In this document: positions 59,775 through 64,000 of the stretch, in pieces
Layout: each line of letters starts with the position of its first letter
Position numbering within the stretch: the first letter of the stretch is position 1
Assembly (NCBI GenBank): GCA_965199495.1
Contig: CBDASK010000003.1
Span: 1,888,001-1,952,000, forward strand
Source: Abditibacterium sp.
GTDB lineage: Bacteria > Armatimonadota > Abditibacteriia > Abditibacteriales > Abditibacteriaceae
Reading direction: 5' to 3'
DNA: 64,000 nt
Position numbers and translations under genes: made by a program
The notes under the pieces: generated by a model
What the model was told of the DNA's origin: nothing
Seen by the model: the letters and a program-made list of their open reading frames with translations, nothing else
The model's database searches: none

Positions 59775-60482
59775 CTAATTGCGTCCACCTAAAATGCGCA
59801 GCAACGACAAAAAGATATTATAGAACGAGATGAACAATCCGAGCGCCGCTCCGGCGGGGCGGTCGAGCGGGTAACGCTGCATGATGTTCGAGGTGTCGTA
59901 AAGCACGAAACCCGCCGAAAACATCAAAACGCCCCACGAAATCCAATACGAGAAATCGGAGTTCTTGAACAAAAACAGATTCAGCAAACCGGCGCCGATC
60001 AGTGAAACGAAACCGACGACCAAAATGCCGCCCATGAAGCTGAAATCTTTGCGCGTCAGAAAAACATAAGCCGTCAGCACGCTAAAAATTAGCACCGTGA
60101 GCGCGGCGGCTTGCTGCACGATGGCGGGCGCGTAGGCAGCCACGACGGGCGCGATGATAATGCCCATGATTATTGTGAAGCCAAAAAGTGCGGCGTAGCT
60201 GACCGATTTGTTGGGGCTGTGCGACAAAACGCCCGCGCCAATCGAGAGCGGCAAAAGCGCCAGCATTGACCACGGGAAAAGTCCGACGACGACATTTTGA
60301 ATCGGCGAATTGAGGCATAGAATGCCGCCGAAAATCGAGGTGACGATACCCGCTAAAAACAGCACGTAAGTCAATCGCACGAAATCCAAACGCGCTTCGG
60401 TCGAGGCTTCGGACGCCATTTTGATGTGCGTCGAAGACTGAAAGGCGCCGGGGTTTTGATTGTTACCGTAAGGTGAATTCAT
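59775..60482 (-). CDS. Bax inhibitor-1/YccA family membrane protein
   Basis: About 7 TM; RKDFSFMG, LYDT, NIFLSLLRI; start set at ATG 60482. Confidence 0.88.
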   Translation of the reverse strand: MNSPYGNNQNPGAFQSSTHIKMASEASTEARLDFVRLTYVLFLAGIVTSIFGGILCLNSPIQNVVVGLFPWSMLALLPLSIGAGVLSHSPNKSVSYAALFGFTIIMGIIIAPVVAAYAPAIVQQAAALTVLIFSVLTAYVFLTRKDFSFMGGILVVGFVSLIGAGLLNLFLFKNSDFSYWISWGVLMFSAGFVLYDTSNIMQRYPLDRPAGAALGLFISFYNIFLSLLRILGGRN

Positions 60483-60624
60483 TTTGTTCCTTTGTTTTAT
60501 ATCCGAAGGCACCTCCAAAGGGGCGCCCTTCGATAATTCTACTTAATTTCAAACGAATGTTAGCCGCCCACGCGCCACAAAAAGCGTGAGCGCGGCGGCG
60601 TGGCTGGAGTTGGCGGCGACTTAC

Positions 60625-61692
60625 TCAACTCCAGATTTGCGATTGTGATTGCACCGTTTGTCCGCTTTCGACGGCTTGATTCATCAACAGCGAAAGATAG
60701 TGATCTTGCGACGCTTCGGCGAGCGAATAAAAATCCGGCCCGCCTTCGACGTATTCGCTCATTTTCTGCAAACAAGTCGCGACCGCGATTTCGTCGTCGC
60801 TCAGGCGGCCCGGCGCGAAGGGATTGCGATAAATCCATTCGTTGCCCAGAGTGATGCCTTCGTGGTGCAACGCGCGCAGATCGTCGTTGTGTCCGGCGTC
60901 GCGCCGCACCAACTCCATTTCGACGGGCGTGCGAAAATCCAGCAAAGTGCGCACTTTATCATCGGTAATTTCGCCACGTTCGCCGCGAACGAGCGTGCGC
61001 GACGCGCGAATCGAAGCGAAATACTGCGAACCGGTAAAATCGAAAATGCCCAGCCGGTCGCTCCAATCGAACTGCGCCAATGTCTGCGTCGAAGTGACGA
61101 TTTTTTCTTCGTCGGGCCAACCGTCGCGCCCCGCGCCCTGCACGATGGGCGACTCGAAATTGCGCGCGTTGATGGTGACGTTTTCAAAGTCAATGTCTAA
61201 ATAACGGCGCAGTAAATTGATGCCGTGGTAGCCGTGCGCGACCGAAACCTGCGCCTGCGAAACGCGGCCCAGCCGCCCGCTACGCGCGATGGCGATGCGC
61301 GCGGCGTGCAACGGGCGAAATTGAAGTTGTTCGGCGACCTGAATGCGCGTGCCTTTAGTCTGTTCAAAAAGCGCGCTCAATCCGGCCAAATCGGGCGCAG
61401 GCGGCGTTTCGGCCAAAACGGGCATTTTGCGCTCGCTCAGTTCGCGCAACAGCGGGGGCGAAGCCTTCCACGGCACCGACACCACGACGAACTGCGGGCG
61501 CTCCGTCAAAAGTTCGTCCAAATCGCAACAGGCGGGCAAATCCCACTGGCGCCGCAAGTTTTCGGCGGTGGAAGCGTCGCGCGACATCAATCCGGTCACG
61601 CGGAAAAATTCGGGCAACTCGCGCGCGATGCGCAAGAAAAATTCGGCGCGCCAGCCACTGGCGCCGACAATTGCAAATGTAATGGGTTTCAT
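60625..61692 (-). CDS. Gfo/Idh/MocA family oxidoreductase
   Basis: AIVGASGWRA, LAETPP, VAEQ, HGYH. Confidence 0.85.
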   Translation of the reverse strand: MKPITFAIVGASGWRAEFFLRIARELPEFFRVTGLMSRDASTAENLRRQWDLPACCDLDELLTERPQFVVVSVPWKASPPLLRELSERKMPVLAETPPAPDLAGLSALFEQTKGTRIQVAEQLQFRPLHAARIAIARSGRLGRVSQAQVSVAHGYHGINLLRRYLDIDFENVTINARNFESPIVQGAGRDGWPDEEKIVTSTQTLAQFDWSDRLGIFDFTGSQYFASIRASRTLVRGERGEITDDKVRTLLDFRTPVEMELVRRDAGHNDDLRALHHEGITLGNEWIYRNPFAPGRLSDDEIAVATCLQKMSEYVEGGPDFYSLAEASQDHYLSLLMNQAVESGQTVQSQSQIWS

Positions 61693-61824
61693 CGCGCGTG
61701 CAGTTTACGCTTGCGACGCTCGCCGGTTGGTGGCGCAACGATTTCGGCGATTGGCTTCGCGCATTTTGCTATTTTTGAGGCCACCCATGACGCGACAAGG
61801 CGGTTTGCGCCAAACTTGCGATTA

Positions 61825-64000
61825 ATGGCTTCCCGTTTTCCGCTCCGCCGCGACGCGCGCACGCGCTACACGTTTGACGCACCGACCTTTTCCGAATTTG
61901 CCCACGCCCGCGAACTCTCCGCGAAAGTCAACGCGACGCGCGATTTGGAATCGCAACCGCACCGCGCCGTAAGGTCGGGCCGTCTGGCCGCCGCCGCGCT
62001 TTTAGACGAAATTTTCGCGCATGCCATCGCGCTCTATTGCGAAGAAATCGAGGGCGACGCGCTCGAAGAGGCGCCTTCGTTTCTCGAAGAAAACATCGGC
62101 GCGCGCGAAATCGCCGAATTATTGAGCGAATTGCACGCGCAATTCGATTTTTCCAAAGCGCGGCCCGACGCCATCGAATCGGGCGTGCGCTTGCGTTTGG
62201 CCAACCTCAATCCGGCGCTTTCGACGTTTGGCGAATTGTTCGACGACGCCGAATTGCCCGCGCCGTGGCTGTCCGCATGGACGGCCCTCGATTCTTATTT
62301 CGCCGCCCTGCCCGGCTTTGGGCCGGATGATTTGCCGCTATTGCAATTTTTGCTGGCACCGATTCTGGCGCATCCCGATTCGATTGATGAACAATTGAAG
62401 TTCATGTTAAAGCGTTGGGGCCGCATTGTCGAACCGTTCGCGGCGCGTTTGCTGACGCATTTGGACGTGATTCGCGAAGAAGAAAAGCCGACGTTTTTCG
62501 GCCCCGGCCCGGCGCATGTCGCCGATTATTCGCGCGGCGGCGGCAGCAATGTCGTTGGCATGGACGAACACGAAGCGTTTTCGCCCGATAGAGAATGGAT
62601 GCCGCGCGTGGTTTTGTTGGCGAAAAGCACTTACGTCTGGCTCGATCAACTCTCGAAAAAATACGAGCGCCACATTTACCGATTGGATCAAGTGCCCGAC
62701 GAAGAATTGGATGACTTGGCGAGTTATGGCATTACCGGTTTGTGGCTGATTGGTTTGTGGCAACGCTCCAAAGCCAGCCAAAACATCAAGCAAATCACCG
62801 GCAATCCCGACGCTTTGGCTTCAGCGTATTCGCTGTTTTCTTACGATGTCGCGTGGGAAATCGGCGGGCAAGAGGCGCTCGATAACCTCAGCGCGCGCGC
62901 CGGACAACGCGGCATTCGCATGGCTTCGGACATGGTGCCCAACCACATGGCGATTGATTCGCGCTGGGTCATCGAGCATCCCGATTGGTTTTTGAGTTTG
63001 CCGCACCAACCGTTTCCCAACGGCGATTTCGCCACGCCCGATTTGTGCGATGACGAGCGCGTCAGCGTTTATCTCGAAGCCGGATATTATTCTAAAACTG
63101 ATGCTTCGGTAGTTTTTAAACGCGTTGACAATTGGTCGGGCGATACACGTTTCATCTATCACGGCAACGACGGAACAGCTATTCCGTGGAACGATACGGC
63201 GCAACTCAATTATTTGATGCCCGAAGTGCGTGAAGCGGCGATTCAAACGATTATGCACGTCGCTCGGCAGTTCCCGATCATCCGTTTCGACGCGGCGATG
63301 ACGCTGGCGAAACGACATTTTCATCGGTTGTGGTTTCCCGCGCCCGGCGAGGGCGGCGATATTCCCTCGCGCGCCGGACGCGGTTTGAGCGGCGCGCAGT
63401 TCGACGCCGCGATGCCGGTCGAGTTTTGGCGCGAAGTCGTGGATTTGGTCGCGCGCGAATTGCCCGACACGCTGCTTTTGGCCGAAGCGTTTTGGATGAT
63501 GGAATCGTATTTCGTGCGCACGCTGGGCATGCACCGCGTTTATAATTCGGCGTTTATGCACATGCTGCGCGACGAAGATAATCAAGAGTATCGCCTGACT
63601 TTAAAGAATACTTTGGAGTTCGATCCCGATATTCTGGGGCGCTTCGTTAATTTCATGAACAACCCCGACGAAGAAACCGCCGTCGAGCAGTTCGGCAAAA
63701 GCGACAAATATTTCGGCGTCTGCACGTTGCTCGCGACTTTGCCGGGCTTGCCGATGTTTGGGCACGGCCAACTCGAAGGTTACGCCGAGAAATATGGCAT
63801 GGAATATCCGCGCGCTTATTGGGACGAAAAAGTGGACAAACCGTTTTTGGCGCATCACAAAACGGCGATTTTCCCCCTACTCAAAAGGCGCGCGTTGTTC
63901 GCGGGCAGCGCCAATTTCACGTTGTATGATTTTTGGGTGGACAATCACGTCAACGAGAACGTGTTCGCCTATTCCAACCGCGTCGGCGACGACCGGGCGC
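61825..64000 (+). CDS. Alpha-amylase family (GH13) protein, truncated at the window end and absent from the ORF track
   Basis: Partly translated by hand from ATG 61825: FSPDREWMPRVVL, SDMVPNHM, IRFDAAM, LAEAFW, FMNNPDEE. Confidence 0.85.
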   Translation, partial: MASRFPLRRDARTRYTFDAPTFSEFAHARELSAKVNATRDLESQPHRAVRSGRLAAAALLDEIFAHAIALYCEEIEGDALEEAPSFLEENIGAREIAELLSELHAQFDFSKARPDAIESGVRLRLANLNPALSTFGELFDDAELPAPWLSAWTALDSYFAALPGFGPDDLPLLQFLLAPILAHPDSIDEQLKFMLKRWGRIVEPFAARLLTHLDVIREEEKPTFFGPGPAHVADYSRGGGSNVVGMDEHEAFSPDREWMPRVVLLAKSTYVWLDQLSKKYERHIYRLDQVPDEELDDLASYGITGLWLIGLWQRSKASQNIKQITGNPDALASAYSLFSYDVAWEIGGQEALDNLSARAGQRGIRMASDMVPNHMAIDSRWVIEHPDWFLSLPHQPFPNGDFATPDLCDDERVSVYLEAGYYSKTDASVVFKRVDNWSGDTRFIYHGNDGTAIPWNDTAQLNYLMPEVREAAIQTIMHVARQFPIIRFDAAMTLAKRHFHRLWFPAPGEGGDIPSRAGRGLSGAQFDAAMPVEFWREVVDLVARELPDTLLLAEAFWMMESYFVRTLGMHRVYNSAFMHMLRDEDNQEYRLTLKNTLEFDPDILGRFVNFMNNPDEETAVEQFGKSDKYFGVCTLLATLPGLPMFGHGQLEGYAEKYGMEYPRAYWDEKVDKPFLAHHKTAIFPLLKRRALFAGSANFTLYDFWVDNHVNENVFAYSNRVGDDRA

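Overview
GC-rich bacterial chromosomal window. DUF1559/H-X9-DG-type proteins and overall gene content suggest an Abditibacteriota/Armatimonadota-like organism (inference only). Housekeeping genes: ftsQ-like, priA, queE, queC, murC-murB-ddl, thiC, an M16 peptidase, a cyclophilin, ybaB-recR, recQ, nth-like, aroE, an M48 peptidase, glgA, a BI-1/YccA gene and a truncated GH13. A surface-polysaccharide cluster spans about 12.2-24.8 kb (gmd, fcl, wcaF-like, GT4s, wzy-like, wzc). Most notable: (1) A 32-aa, 8-Cys metallothionein-like ORF missing from the ORF track (6755-6853) is coupled by an ATGA overlap to an upstream membrane-targeted, Cys-rich leader carrying a RAPP arrest-type motif. This is a candidate metal-sensing ribosome-stalling switch, and it lies near a Met-rich secreted protein. 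(2) An IS110 element (47052-48315) has a left-end bridge RNA whose four guide segments match the real flanks and the circle junction. It is inserted in the terminal inverted repeat of a ~156-bp MITE. (3) An integrase-less, AT-richer ParB-like / REase-like / C5-methyltransferase cassette is bracketed by 404-bp, almost purely synonymously diverged copies of the thiC 3' end. (4) An ADP-ribosyltransferase-like toxin gene lies between two paralogous antitoxin-like genes, one of them membrane-anchored. The window also holds several families of long palindromic intergenic repeats and a partly decayed snoaL + H-X9-DG gene duplication. All functional calls come from motif recognition by eye; no database searches were run.
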